Positions 8,216-16,208 of a stretch of 64,000 bases of DNA are shown in pieces (within the stretch, counting starts at the first letter, position 1; the number at the start of each line of letters is the position of its first letter). The stretch is from Candidatus Aphodosoma sp. (lineage in GTDB: Bacteria > Bacteroidota > Bacteroidia > Bacteroidales > Paludibacteraceae), in NCBI GenBank assembly GCA_045629685.1, contig JAZQRP010000193.1:28-64027 (forward strand), read 5' to 3'. The notes beneath the pieces are model-generated. The model searched no databases and was not told where the DNA came from. It was given only the letters and a program-made list of their open reading frames with translations. Made by a program: the position numbers and the translations under genes.

Positions 8216-9343
8216 ATGAAAAGTATAAATCGTCCTTTTGTATATGGCATTTCTGTCTCTGGTGACAATTTTACAGATCGAGTAAAAGAGACTCAACGCT
8301 TGAAAATTAATTTTGAAAATGGTCAGAATGTTATTCTGATTTCGCCTCGTCGTATGGGTAAAACTTCATTAGTCCGTAGAGTGCAAGAATTGGTTGATGC
8401 TACTATTGTGCAAACCGTATATATCGATATATATGATTGTAGAACAGAGTATGATTTTTATAATAAATTTGCTACCGCAATAATGAAACAAACTGCTAAT
8501 AAAATAGATTTGGCTTTAGAAAATATTAAGCAGTTTTTAGTTCGTCTTACCCCAAAAATATCATTTTCGCCCGATTCAACTTCAGATTATGCTTTGTCTT
8601 TAGGAATAACCCCTAAAGAATATTCGCCAGAAGAGATTCTCCAATTGCCTGAATTAATTGCTCAGAAGATTGGTAAGCACATTGTGATTTGTATTGATGA
8701 ATTTCAGCAAGTTGGTGAATGGACTGATAGTTTGACAATACAAAAACGAATGCGTGGTGTTTGGCAACATCAACAGCATGTTTCATATTGTTTATTCGGT
8801 AGTAAACAACACATGATGACCAATTTATTTCAAAATAAGCGTATGCCTTTTTATCAATTTGGCGAGCCGAATTATCTAAAACCTATACCGACAGAAGATT
8901 GGATACCTTTTATCCAAAATAAATTTAGCGAAAGGGGGTTGGAAATTGCTGAACATTATATAGTGCAAATATGTGACGTCGTTCAAAATCAGTCATCGTA
9001 TGTACAACAATTAGCATGGAATGTTATGCTTAATACTGAATCGGTGGTCTCTGATGAAGAGTTGAATATGGGGATAAATGATTTACTTGCACAATGTACA
9101 CCTCTTTTTATTGAGCAAATAGGTTCGCTCTCATCGTATCAATTGAACTTTCTGAAAGCTATTATTGATGGGCAACATAATCAATGGACTTCGCAAGAGG
9201 TGTTGAGTAAATATAATCTAGGGACAAAATCTAATGTGTCAAAGATGCAAAAAATTCTTGTTGAGAGAGATTTTGTAGAACAACGTAATGGTGGCTTATA
9301 TATGTCGGACCCTATGTTGCAATTGTGGTTGAAACAATATTAA
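8216..9343 (+). CDS. AAA+ ATPase (Arch_ATPase/DUF234-like ATP-binding protein)
   Basis: Walker A SPRRMGKTS and Walker B VICIDEFQ. Overall layout matches stand-alone ATP-binding proteins common in Bacteroidales. Confidence 0.7.
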   Translation: MKSINRPFVYGISVSGDNFTDRVKETQRLKINFENGQNVILISPRRMGKTSLVRRVQELVDATIVQTVYIDIYDCRTEYDFYNKFATAIMKQTANKIDLALENIKQFLVRLTPKISFSPDSTSDYALSLGITPKEYSPEEILQLPELIAQKIGKHIVICIDEFQQVGEWTDSLTIQKRMRGVWQHQQHVSYCLFGSKQHMMTNLFQNKRMPFYQFGEPNYLKPIPTEDWIPFIQNKFSERGLEIAEHYIVQICDVVQNQSSYVQQLAWNVMLNTESVVSDEELNMGINDLLAQCTPLFIEQIGSLSSYQLNFLKAIIDGQHNQWTSQEVLSKYNLGTKSNVSKMQKILVERDFVEQRNGGLYMSDPMLQLWLKQY

Positions 9344-9387
9344 TTTTTTTTGTGACGTCTATTTTACCATCGAAGTTGATTGGTTTT

Positions 9388-9477
9388 AGCGGACGCTCGA
9401 GCCGAGCGTCCCTACATTGGGGGAGGGGAGAATATGTGGGAGTGCTTTGGCGGACGCTCGAGCCGAGCGTCCCTACA
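9388..9477. repeat. two direct copies of a 29-bp GC-rich palindromic (REP-like) unit
   Basis: gcggacgctcgagccgagcgtccctaca occurs at 9388-9416 and 9449-9477. Each copy holds a 9-bp stem ggacgctcg/cgagcgtcc. Confidence 0.85.
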
Positions 9478-9513
9478 ATAAAACGGCTACTCGATTTGGG
9501 TCGGGTAGCCGTT
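9476..9513 (-). terminator. rho-independent terminator of the phosphoesterase gene
   Basis: Stem acggctac (9483-9490) / gtagccgt (9506-9513). On the minus strand it is followed by ttttatt. Confidence 0.55.
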
Positions 9514-9526
9514 GTTGTATGTGGTG

Positions 9527-10015
9527 TTATCGGGGGATTTCGATGACTTCGAGGTTTTTGATTTCGCCTTGCTCGATGTCGAAACGCAGTAGGGTGCGGA
9601 CTTGGTGGAAGCCTTGAAGTCCTGCTGCACCTGGGTTCATGACGAGCATGTTGTGGTGTTGGTCGTACATGACGCGGAGGATGTGGCTATGTCCGCAGAT
9701 GAATAGGTTGGGTTTTACTTCAAAAATCTTTTTAAGAGCACGGGCATCGTATTTGCCAGGGAAGCCACCGATGTGGGTCATGAGTATCTTGATGCCATCG
9801 ATTTCGAAAGAGAGGAATTCGGGGAAGTCGTATCGGATGTCTTGTCCGTCGATGTTGCCATGCACAGCACGAAGTGGGGCAAAGGAGCGGAGGCGGTTGA
9901 CTACGTCGAGCGAGCCGATGTCGCCAGCATGCCAAATTTCATCGCAATCGGTGAGATATTTTTCTATTTTTTTGTCACACACGGCATGAGTGTCGGACAT
10001 TAGTATGATTTTCAT
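9527..10015 (-). CDS. YfcE/MJ0936-family metallophosphoesterase
   Basis: MKIILMSDTHA, WHAGDIG, GNID and CGHSH metal-binding blocks. Length is 162 aa. Confidence 0.85.
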   Translation of the reverse strand: MKIILMSDTHAVCDKKIEKYLTDCDEIWHAGDIGSLDVVNRLRSFAPLRAVHGNIDGQDIRYDFPEFLSFEIDGIKILMTHIGGFPGKYDARALKKIFEVKPNLFICGHSHILRVMYDQHHNMLVMNPGAAGLQGFHQVRTLLRFDIEQGEIKNLEVIEIPR

Positions 10016-10018
10016 TCT

Positions 10019-10051
10019 TTAGTAGCGAGTATTTAGTAGCGAGTAGTGAGA
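10019..10051. repeat. heptamer array (TAGTAGC/GAGTAGT type)
   Basis: Sequence is tagtagc gagtatt tagtagc gagtagt gag. Confidence 0.7.
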
Positions 10052-10127
10052 TACATACCCCCTCGCCCGTTGGGCCCTCCCCCTAATTTAGGGGGAGAAT
10101 AAGATAGTTGATTCTTCAACTATCAAT

Positions 10128-10721
10128 TCATTTTGCTAACATTCCGTCGAAGAGGGTTTTGATGATGATGTGTCGGTGGTCGCGGATGTAGGTTCCGATG
10201 TTGTTTTTGAGGTATGGGGCTTCGAGGCCTTTGAGGGAGTAGTGCATCATCATGGCAGCCCATTGGGTGCTGTGGATTTGGAAGATGCCGAGGCGTATGC
10301 CCTCGTCCATGATTTGCTTGATCATACGAATTTCTTTGATGTCGATAGAGCGGCGGGCTTTTTCGACTTCGTAGATGTTGCGGAAGAAGTCGGCACGGAG
10401 CGAGCCATTGCGCTCGATAGCCTCTTTAACGGCTTCGAAACGAGTGAAGATATATTCTTCGAGTTTTTTGTCGGGAGAGAGGTCTTTGTTCATTACTACT
10501 TGTAGGCGTTCGATGAGGTGGTCGAGCTCGTTTTCGATTACAGCGAGATAGACCTCGTCTTTATTGCTAAAGTAGGTGTATATTGTTCGACGCCCTTTGC
10601 CTGATTCAGCGGCGATTTCGTTCATAGTGACATTGGCTTTGCCATACATTGCGAATTGACGGCGGGCTACGTCAACTATCAGTTTACGAGTTTTGGATTG
10701 TTTGTTTTGATCCTTTTTCAT
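10128..10721 (-). CDS. TetR/AcrR family transcriptional regulator
   Basis: N-terminal HTH block RRQFAMYGKANVTMNEIAAESGKGRRTIYTYFSNKDEVY. ATG 10721 (MKKDQNK) is preferred over the track start 10796. Confidence 0.85.
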   Translation of the reverse strand: MKKDQNKQSKTRKLIVDVARRQFAMYGKANVTMNEIAAESGKGRRTIYTYFSNKDEVYLAVIENELDHLIERLQVVMNKDLSPDKKLEEYIFTRFEAVKEAIERNGSLRADFFRNIYEVEKARRSIDIKEIRMIKQIMDEGIRLGIFQIHSTQWAAMMMHYSLKGLEAPYLKNNIGTYIRDHRHIIIKTLFDGMLAK

Positions 10722-10742
10722 GGAGAATGTAGATTTGTAGTG

Positions 10743-10750
10743 CAAAATTA
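10743..10750 (-). promoter_or_regulatory. -7 box (TAATTTTG on minus strand) for the TetR gene
   Basis: caaaatta on the plus strand, 22 nt upstream of ATG 10721. Confidence 0.45.
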
Positions 10751-10860
10751 CTCTTTTCTTGTCAATAAACCAAATTTTAGAGCTAAAAAATAACACAAAA
10801 GGGGTTGTTTGTGCAAGAAATGTTATTTAGGGTGCTTTGTGGTGTATGTGTAGATATGGT

Positions 10861-10937
10861 TATAGTATGTTTATAATATATTTGTCCTATGTTTATCATA
10901 TATTTATAGTATATTTATCCTATGTTGTAGTATAGGA
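10861..10937. repeat. 7 x 11-bp phased AT-rich tandem repeat (consensus TATAGTATRTT)
   Basis: Unit starts fall at 10861, 10872, 10883, 10894, 10905, 10916 and 10927. It shares tcatatatttatagtat with the array at 29875-29946. Confidence 0.8.
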
Positions 10938-11103
10938 GGAGTTAGGGTCCTTCGTCAGTTTAGTTGAAAAATATTACACAAAATTTACATGTAATGTTCT
11001 CTTCGGGAATATTATATTTAAACTGCGTTAAAACAAATATAATTTCTGTCGCACCTACGGCGCTTTTTTACTTGTGGGAATCTTTTATCAGGGGTTTACA
11101 CCC

Positions 11104-11214
11104 CTGCCTGTGTTATTTCGTCCCTTTGGGACTTTGTTTCGTAAAATTTCTATGAACTACCAAGAGTACTTTTCATTCTGCCTGTTTTATTTCGTCCCTT
11201 TGGGACTTTGTTTT
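11104..11214. repeat. two copies of a ~37-bp unit with a gtccc-ttt-gggac hairpin
   Basis: ctgcctgtKttatttcgtccctttgggactttgttt occurs at 11104-11139 and 11178-11214. Confidence 0.85.
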
Positions 11215-11267
11215 AAAATTTCAACTAAGTTGACGAAGAAGCATTTGTTTATCTGAAAAAAAAGAGT

Positions 11268-11275
11268 TATATTTG
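11268..11275 (+). promoter_or_regulatory. -7 box (TATATTTG)
   Basis: Lies 51 nt upstream of the hutI ATG. Confidence 0.45.
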
Positions 11276-11325
11276 CGCGTAATTTTAGATTGCGGGAAAT
11301 ATAAACTTTAAATAACATAATATCT

Positions 11326-12561
11326 ATGACAACATTGATTGAAAATATTGGACGTTTGGTTCAAGTGGAACGTGAAATTCGTCCGTTCGTGGCAGGTGAT
11401 GCAATGAGCATCTTGCCTGAGATTGAGAATGCTTATCTTTTGGTAGAAGATGATGTGATTAAGGCTTTTGGCCCTATGTCGGAAGCACCTGAGACTGCTG
11501 ACCAAGTGGTGGATGCAGAGGGACGCTTTGTGTTGCCTGCATTTTGTGATGGTCACACACATATTGTGTATGCAGGTAGTCGTGAGCATGAATTTATTGA
11601 TAAAATCAATGGTTTGAGCTATGAAGAGATAGCAAAACGTGGTGGCGGTATATTGAATTCGGCTAAACGTTTGCACGATACATCGGAAGATGGACTCTAT
11701 GAACAAGCACTTGAGAGAGTGTATGAAATGATAGGTTTCGGTACAGGCGCGGCAGATATTAAGAGTGGTTATGGTTTGTCGGTAGAAGATGAGTTGAAGA
11801 TGTTGCGCGTAATTCGTCGTTTGAAAGAGACTACACCGTTGACAATTCGTGCTAACTTCCTTGGTGCGCATGCTGTGCCTGCTGCGTATAAAGGTCGTCA
11901 AGGGGAATATGTGGATTTGATTTGTAACGAAATGATACCTGCTGTGGCAGAAGAGGGTTTGGCAGATTTTATTGACGTGTTCTGCGATAAAGGTTTCTTT
12001 ACAGTAGAAGAGACAGCTCGTATGCTTGAAGTGGGTGCGAAATATGGTATGCGTCCGAAAATACATGCTAACGAGTTGGATGTTTCGGGCGGTGTACAGG
12101 TAGGTGTGAAATACGATGCACTTTCGGTTGACCACCTTGAACGTACGACAGAGGTAGAGATTGAATGTTTGCGTAATTCGAATACTATTCCTACAATTTT
12201 GCCAGGTACATCGTTTTTCCTTGGTTTGCCATACGGTAATGCAAAAGGTATGATTGCGGCAGGATTGCCAGTGGCATTGGCATCGGACTATAATCCAGGC
12301 TCTACACCATCGGGTAATATGAAATTTGTGATGTCACTCGCATGTATCAACATGAAATTGACTCCAGCACAGGCAATCAATGCGACTACTATCAATGGTG
12401 CAGCGGCTCTTGGTTTGGCGCAAACACATGGTTCGATAGCAGTAGGCAAAAAAGCGAACTTGTTTATTACTAAAAAAATACCTTCTATTGATTTTATTCC
12501 ATACGCATATACAACTGATATTGTTGAGGCTGTTATGTTGAATGGGGTGTTTATACAATGA
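11326..12561 (+). CDS. hutI: imidazolonepropionase
   Basis: Amidohydrolase-fold blocks PAFCDGHTHIVYAGSREHEF, KIHANEL and ALASDYNPGS. Length is 411 aa. Confidence 0.9.
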   Translation: MTTLIENIGRLVQVEREIRPFVAGDAMSILPEIENAYLLVEDDVIKAFGPMSEAPETADQVVDAEGRFVLPAFCDGHTHIVYAGSREHEFIDKINGLSYEEIAKRGGGILNSAKRLHDTSEDGLYEQALERVYEMIGFGTGAADIKSGYGLSVEDELKMLRVIRRLKETTPLTIRANFLGAHAVPAAYKGRQGEYVDLICNEMIPAVAEEGLADFIDVFCDKGFFTVEETARMLEVGAKYGMRPKIHANELDVSGGVQVGVKYDALSVDHLERTTEVEIECLRNSNTIPTILPGTSFFLGLPYGNAKGMIAAGLPVALASDYNPGSTPSGNMKFVMSLACINMKLTPAQAINATTINGAAALGLAQTHGSIAVGKKANLFITKKIPSIDFIPYAYTTDIVEAVMLNGVFIQ

Positions 12562-12564
12562 GAA

Positions 12565-12620
12565 ATCGAAGGTCTTTGAGCCTTGGGCGATAAAATTAGG
12601 AATGGGGAATAAGGAATTAA
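12565..12620. repeat. 31-bp dispersed repeat plus AGGAATG-type heptamers
   Basis: cgaaggtctttgagccttgggcgataaaatt is followed by aggaatg gggaata aggaatt. An inverted near-identical copy sits at 61940-61970. Confidence 0.8.
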
Positions 12621-12641
12621 TATACACCCTCGGTTTTTGAC

Positions 12642-12668
12642 CACTCCCCTTAACATAGGGGAGTGTTT
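12642..12668 (+). terminator. hairpin after hutI (weak T-run)
   Basis: Stem cactcccct (12642-12650) / aggggagtg (12657-12665) followed by ttt. Confidence 0.35.
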
Positions 12669-12705
12669 GAGTGACGAGGAATTGGAATTTTATTTTAGTA
12701 AGAAA

Positions 12706-13194
12706 ATGAGTAATGAAACAGAAAAATTAGATACAAGAGGTGTAGCTATTCCTTTTTTTGTATTGTGTCTTTTATTACCTATATCTGATGGTTTTTGGGG
12801 GGTAATAATTAAATTTGCAATTATGTGGTTTTGGATGGTATGGTATGTGGCGCTCTTAAAACATGCGCATTTAAAAATAAAAAAACATTCTTATTCTGGA
12901 ATAGTACCCTTTATAGTATTGTTTGTATTTGGTGTGATAATTAATAAGTTTTATTTTGCTATAAATCTGATTTCGACTCTTTCTCCAGAAGATATTTCTT
13001 TGGAAACTTTGAGAACTATAAATTTATTTTTATTTTTAGGTTTTGTTTTGTTGGTTATTGGACAAGTATCAATACTCATGAAAGTTATAGCAGCAACAAT
13101 GACAGAAGAAGAGTTTGAACAGAAGAGGGGTACGATATTGTTTTTGCTTGTTTTTGCTCCTATAGGTGCGATGATAATGAGAAAAGAGGTATGA
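12706..13194 (+). CDS. hypothetical multi-pass membrane protein (paralogue A)
   Basis: Four hydrophobic segments. C-terminal block AATMTEEEFEQKRGTILFLLVFAPIGAMIMR is shared with the next gene. The track start 12637 is TTG inside the hutI terminator hairpin, so ATG 12706 is preferred. Confidence 0.6.
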   Translation: MSNETEKLDTRGVAIPFFVLCLLLPISDGFWGVIIKFAIMWFWMVWYVALLKHAHLKIKKHSYSGIVPFIVLFVFGVIINKFYFAINLISTLSPEDISLETLRTINLFLFLGFVLLVIGQVSILMKVIAATMTEEEFEQKRGTILFLLVFAPIGAMIMRKEV

Positions 13195-13215
13195 TAATTT
13201 AGTTTTTGGTGTATT

Positions 13216-13695
13216 ATGAATTTAAATAAAATTTCTTCGAATGTTTTGGGGTTGATTCTTGTGACTGAATTTATTATGGCGCAAGTGATAGATGGTGTTA
13301 TGGGGGTGGTGTTTATGTGGCTTACGTTTTTGTTCTGGCAGATTTGGTATCTTATGGTTTTGGAGCGAATACGTATCAAGGCTGCAGAATACTATGATGG
13401 GGTTGTTGGACGTTTTAAGGCATCGGTCGGTCTGTTTTTGATAGTTGAAACTGTTTTTAGTGCGTTAAGTATATTGAATATTTTATTACCAAATATGCTT
13501 TCGGCTACGATTATGGGAGTGGCTGTATCTGCTAGATTTTTATTATTATCAGTGCTTTTTGTATGGCAGATATCGATGTTGATGAACGCTTTTGCAGCGA
13601 CTATGTCGGCGGAAGAGTATAAAACGGAGCGTGGCAAAATAGCGCTTATGCTTGTGTTTGCGCCGATAGGAGCGTTGACAATGAGGAATTCATAA
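13216..13695 (+). CDS. hypothetical multi-pass membrane protein (paralogue B)
   Basis: C-terminal block AATMSAEEYKTERGKIALMLVFAPIGALTMR parallels the previous gene. Confidence 0.6.
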   Translation: MNLNKISSNVLGLILVTEFIMAQVIDGVMGVVFMWLTFLFWQIWYLMVLERIRIKAAEYYDGVVGRFKASVGLFLIVETVFSALSILNILLPNMLSATIMGVAVSARFLLLSVLFVWQISMLMNAFAATMSAEEYKTERGKIALMLVFAPIGALTMRNS

Positions 13696-13725
13696 TGCAC
13701 AATTCATAATGCACAATGCACAATT
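13688..13725. repeat. heptamer array (TGCACAA type)
   Basis: attcataatgcacaattcataatgcacaatgcacaatt overlaps the stop codon of the upstream gene. Confidence 0.75.
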
Positions 13726-13761
13726 GCCTTTCGGCATTAATTACTAAACATTAAATTATTT

Positions 13762-14691
13762 ATGACGATAAAAGATCAAGTAAATGGGCTATTTGAACAA
13801 CAGCTCTCGGTGTGGGAGATGGCGCGTAATAATTTTGAGGGGTTGAAAACTGTACAAATTCGTGAGTTTGATTTTGACGGGTTTGGGGTGAAAGTGCAAT
13901 TCAATCCAGCGCGTATGGTGTCGTCGGGCGCAAAGGTAGATGCTAAGACTATTGCTCAGCGCAAATGTTTCCTTTGTGCGGCTAATCGACCAGAAGTACA
14001 GCGTGGCATAGAGTGGCGTGATTATGATATTTTGATAAATCCGTTTCCGATTTTTCCTCGCCATTTGACTATTCCTCGTCGTGAGCATGTGGACCAACAA
14101 CTTGTGCCATATATCAGTGATATGTTCGACTTGGCTCGTGAATTGCCTGATTTTGTAGTCTTTTATAATGGACCTAAATGCGGTGCTTCGGCTCCTGACC
14201 ACATGCACTTCCAGGCTGGTAATGCTGATTTCTTACCTCTTGTGGGTGATTATTTCAATTTGAAAGGTCAAGGTAAATGCACAATGCAATGTACAATTGA
14301 TGGAGCTGATATATACACAATTGATGATTATTTGAGAGTGGTATATTGTATAGAGTCTTGTGATAGAGATGCTTTGCGTCAGGCATTTATGAAATTGTAT
14401 AACTCATGGGTGAAAGAAGAGGGCGTTGAGCCGATGATGAATGTTGTGTGTCTTTATAAAGAGTCAACAGTCAACGGTCAATGGTCAACAGAGGGTAAGT
14501 GGTATTTGTTTGTGATTCCTCGTGGGGCATTCCGTCCATGGCAATATACTGCCGAGGGTGATAAACAATTGCTCGTTTCGCCAGCGACGGTAGAGGTAAG
14601 TGGTTTGTTTATTACCCCTGTAAAAGAGCATTTTGAGCGAATCACTAAAGAGGACGTGGTTGATATACTTACTCAATGCACGATAAAATGA
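13762..14691 (+). CDS. DUF4922-like protein with a HIT/GalT-type nucleotidyl-transfer motif
   Basis: N-terminus VKVQFNPARMVSSGAKVD...CFLCAANRP and motif APDHMHFQAG (HxHxQ-like). Confidence 0.65.
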   Translation: MTIKDQVNGLFEQQLSVWEMARNNFEGLKTVQIREFDFDGFGVKVQFNPARMVSSGAKVDAKTIAQRKCFLCAANRPEVQRGIEWRDYDILINPFPIFPRHLTIPRREHVDQQLVPYISDMFDLARELPDFVVFYNGPKCGASAPDHMHFQAGNADFLPLVGDYFNLKGQGKCTMQCTIDGADIYTIDDYLRVVYCIESCDRDALRQAFMKLYNSWVKEEGVEPMMNVVCLYKESTVNGQWSTEGKWYLFVIPRGAFRPWQYTAEGDKQLLVSPATVEVSGLFITPVKEHFERITKEDVVDILTQCTIK

Positions 14692-14720
14692 GGAATGAGG
14701 AGTTAGGAATGAGGAATTAA
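14688..14720. repeat. heptamer array (AGGAATG type) starting at the stop codon
   Basis: Sequence is atgaggaatgaggagttaggaatgaggaattaa. Confidence 0.75.
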
Positions 14721-14740
14721 TCTTTTATTTGTTTTTGTAG

Positions 14741-16198
14741 ATGGCTATAGAACGTAGAAAAAAAGAGTGGGTTGAGTCGGTTGACCCGATGAAAATGTAT
14801 GTTCCTAAAGAGTTTGGAGCGGAGCAAGATCCACCTAAAATGGAAAAAGCAGATATGGAACAATTGCCAAAATTGGGACAAGAGCCGATAATTACTGTCG
14901 GTATAATGCATGCAGAGAGAATAGGATTCTTTTTTGATTCGCCATTTCGTTGTGCCGAGATGCCTAATATTACGTTTGATGGCGAGTATGAAGTTTTACT
15001 TTCTGAATCGGGGCGTGTGAGTTTCTTTGAACAAGAGTTTGATTCGTTGCATTTTACGCCTATCGAAGAGCAAGATTATACGTCGGAGGATGGTTATTTC
15101 GAACTCGAAGATGTGGTAATTGGTATCAATTTTCATTGGGAGCGCAAAGAGAATCAGTGTTTTAAGGGAGGGCTTACATTTATGGTTGAGCATGGTAAGG
15201 TGGTGGCAATAAATGAGATACCTACTGAGGCGTACATATTTTCGGTGATTTCGAGTGAGATGAGTGCAACGGCAAGTCTTGAACTATTGAAGGCCCATGC
15301 TGTGATTTCGCGTTCGTGGTTGTTGAAACCTATTATTCATAATGAGCATAATGCGAATGCGGTGCTTGAACGACGAACAGATGATGAGTTGATTAAATGG
15401 TACGAGCGTGATTCGCATGAATTATATAATGTGTGTGCAGATGACCATTGTCAACGTTATCAAGGTATTACGCGTGCACGAACAGAGAATGTGCGTTTAG
15501 CGATTGAGGCAACGCGAGGTATGGTGTTGATGAACAATGGCGAAATTTGCGATGCGCGTTTTTCTAAATCGTGTGGCGGTGTGAGTGAGGTGTTTGAGAG
15601 TTGTTGGGCAGATGTGCATTATCCTTATTTGGAAAGGGTGGTAGATACAAAAGATGCTGATTCGGTTGCCACTGCTCCTGATTTGACTGTCGAGGCTAAT
15701 GCAGAAGCGTGGATTCGTGGTGAGTATGATTCGTTTTGTAATACTCACGACAAAGAGATACTTTCGCAAGTACTTAATAACTACGATCAAGAGACAACCG
15801 ATTTCTATCGTTGGAAAGTGGAATATACAACCGAGCAATTGTCTGAGTTAGTTGCTCGCCGTTCAGGTATTGATTTTGGTACTATCGTTGCGCTTGAACC
15901 AGTTGAACGTGGAGTGTCGGGTAGATTGACTCGTTTGCGTATAGTGGGCACTAAGCGCACTATGGAGGTAGGTAAAGAGTTGGAAATACGCCGTTGGCTG
16001 TCAGAATCGCACCTCTATAGTTCAGCTTTTGTGGTAGATAAGACCGAAAAAGGATTTGTGTTGACAGGTGCAGGTTGGGGGCATGGAGTGGGATTGTGTC
16101 AGATAGGAGCAGCTGTGATGGGCGCAAAGGGATATAAATATGACGAAATACTTTATCACTATTTTGTAAATTCAGAATTGAGTGTGTTATATAAATAA
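14741..16198 (+). CDS. SpoIID/LytB domain-containing protein
   Basis: Central block LLKAHAVISRSWLL...CADDHCQRYQG and a C-terminal GAGWGHGVGLCQIGA motif typical of SpoIID/LytB. Confidence 0.8.
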   Translation: MAIERRKKEWVESVDPMKMYVPKEFGAEQDPPKMEKADMEQLPKLGQEPIITVGIMHAERIGFFFDSPFRCAEMPNITFDGEYEVLLSESGRVSFFEQEFDSLHFTPIEEQDYTSEDGYFELEDVVIGINFHWERKENQCFKGGLTFMVEHGKVVAINEIPTEAYIFSVISSEMSATASLELLKAHAVISRSWLLKPIIHNEHNANAVLERRTDDELIKWYERDSHELYNVCADDHCQRYQGITRARTENVRLAIEATRGMVLMNNGEICDARFSKSCGGVSEVFESCWADVHYPYLERVVDTKDADSVATAPDLTVEANAEAWIRGEYDSFCNTHDKEILSQVLNNYDQETTDFYRWKVEYTTEQLSELVARRSGIDFGTIVALEPVERGVSGRLTRLRIVGTKRTMEVGKELEIRRWLSESHLYSSAFVVDKTEKGFVLTGAGWGHGVGLCQIGAAVMGAKGYKYDEILYHYFVNSELSVLYK

Positions 16199-16208
16199 AT
16201 TTTGATAT

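Noticed and set aside
9325-9617. ORFs 9325-9546 and 9417-9617 crossing the GC-rich palindromic repeats
   Set aside because: The reading frames are created by the repeated palindromic units (GRSSRASLH / ADARAERPY). They also overlap a terminator and the 3' end of the phosphoesterase gene on the other strand.
11308-12135. 275-aa ORF antisense to hutI
   Set aside because: It is the same compositional artefact. The sense frame has clear imidazolonepropionase motifs, while the antisense product is low-complexity.
11326-12561. hutI as part of a histidine-utilisation operon
   Set aside because: No hutH, hutU, hutG or ftcD-like genes are adjacent. The flanking genes are a TetR regulator (divergent, 600 bp away) and unrelated membrane proteins, so I report it only as a solitary hutI.
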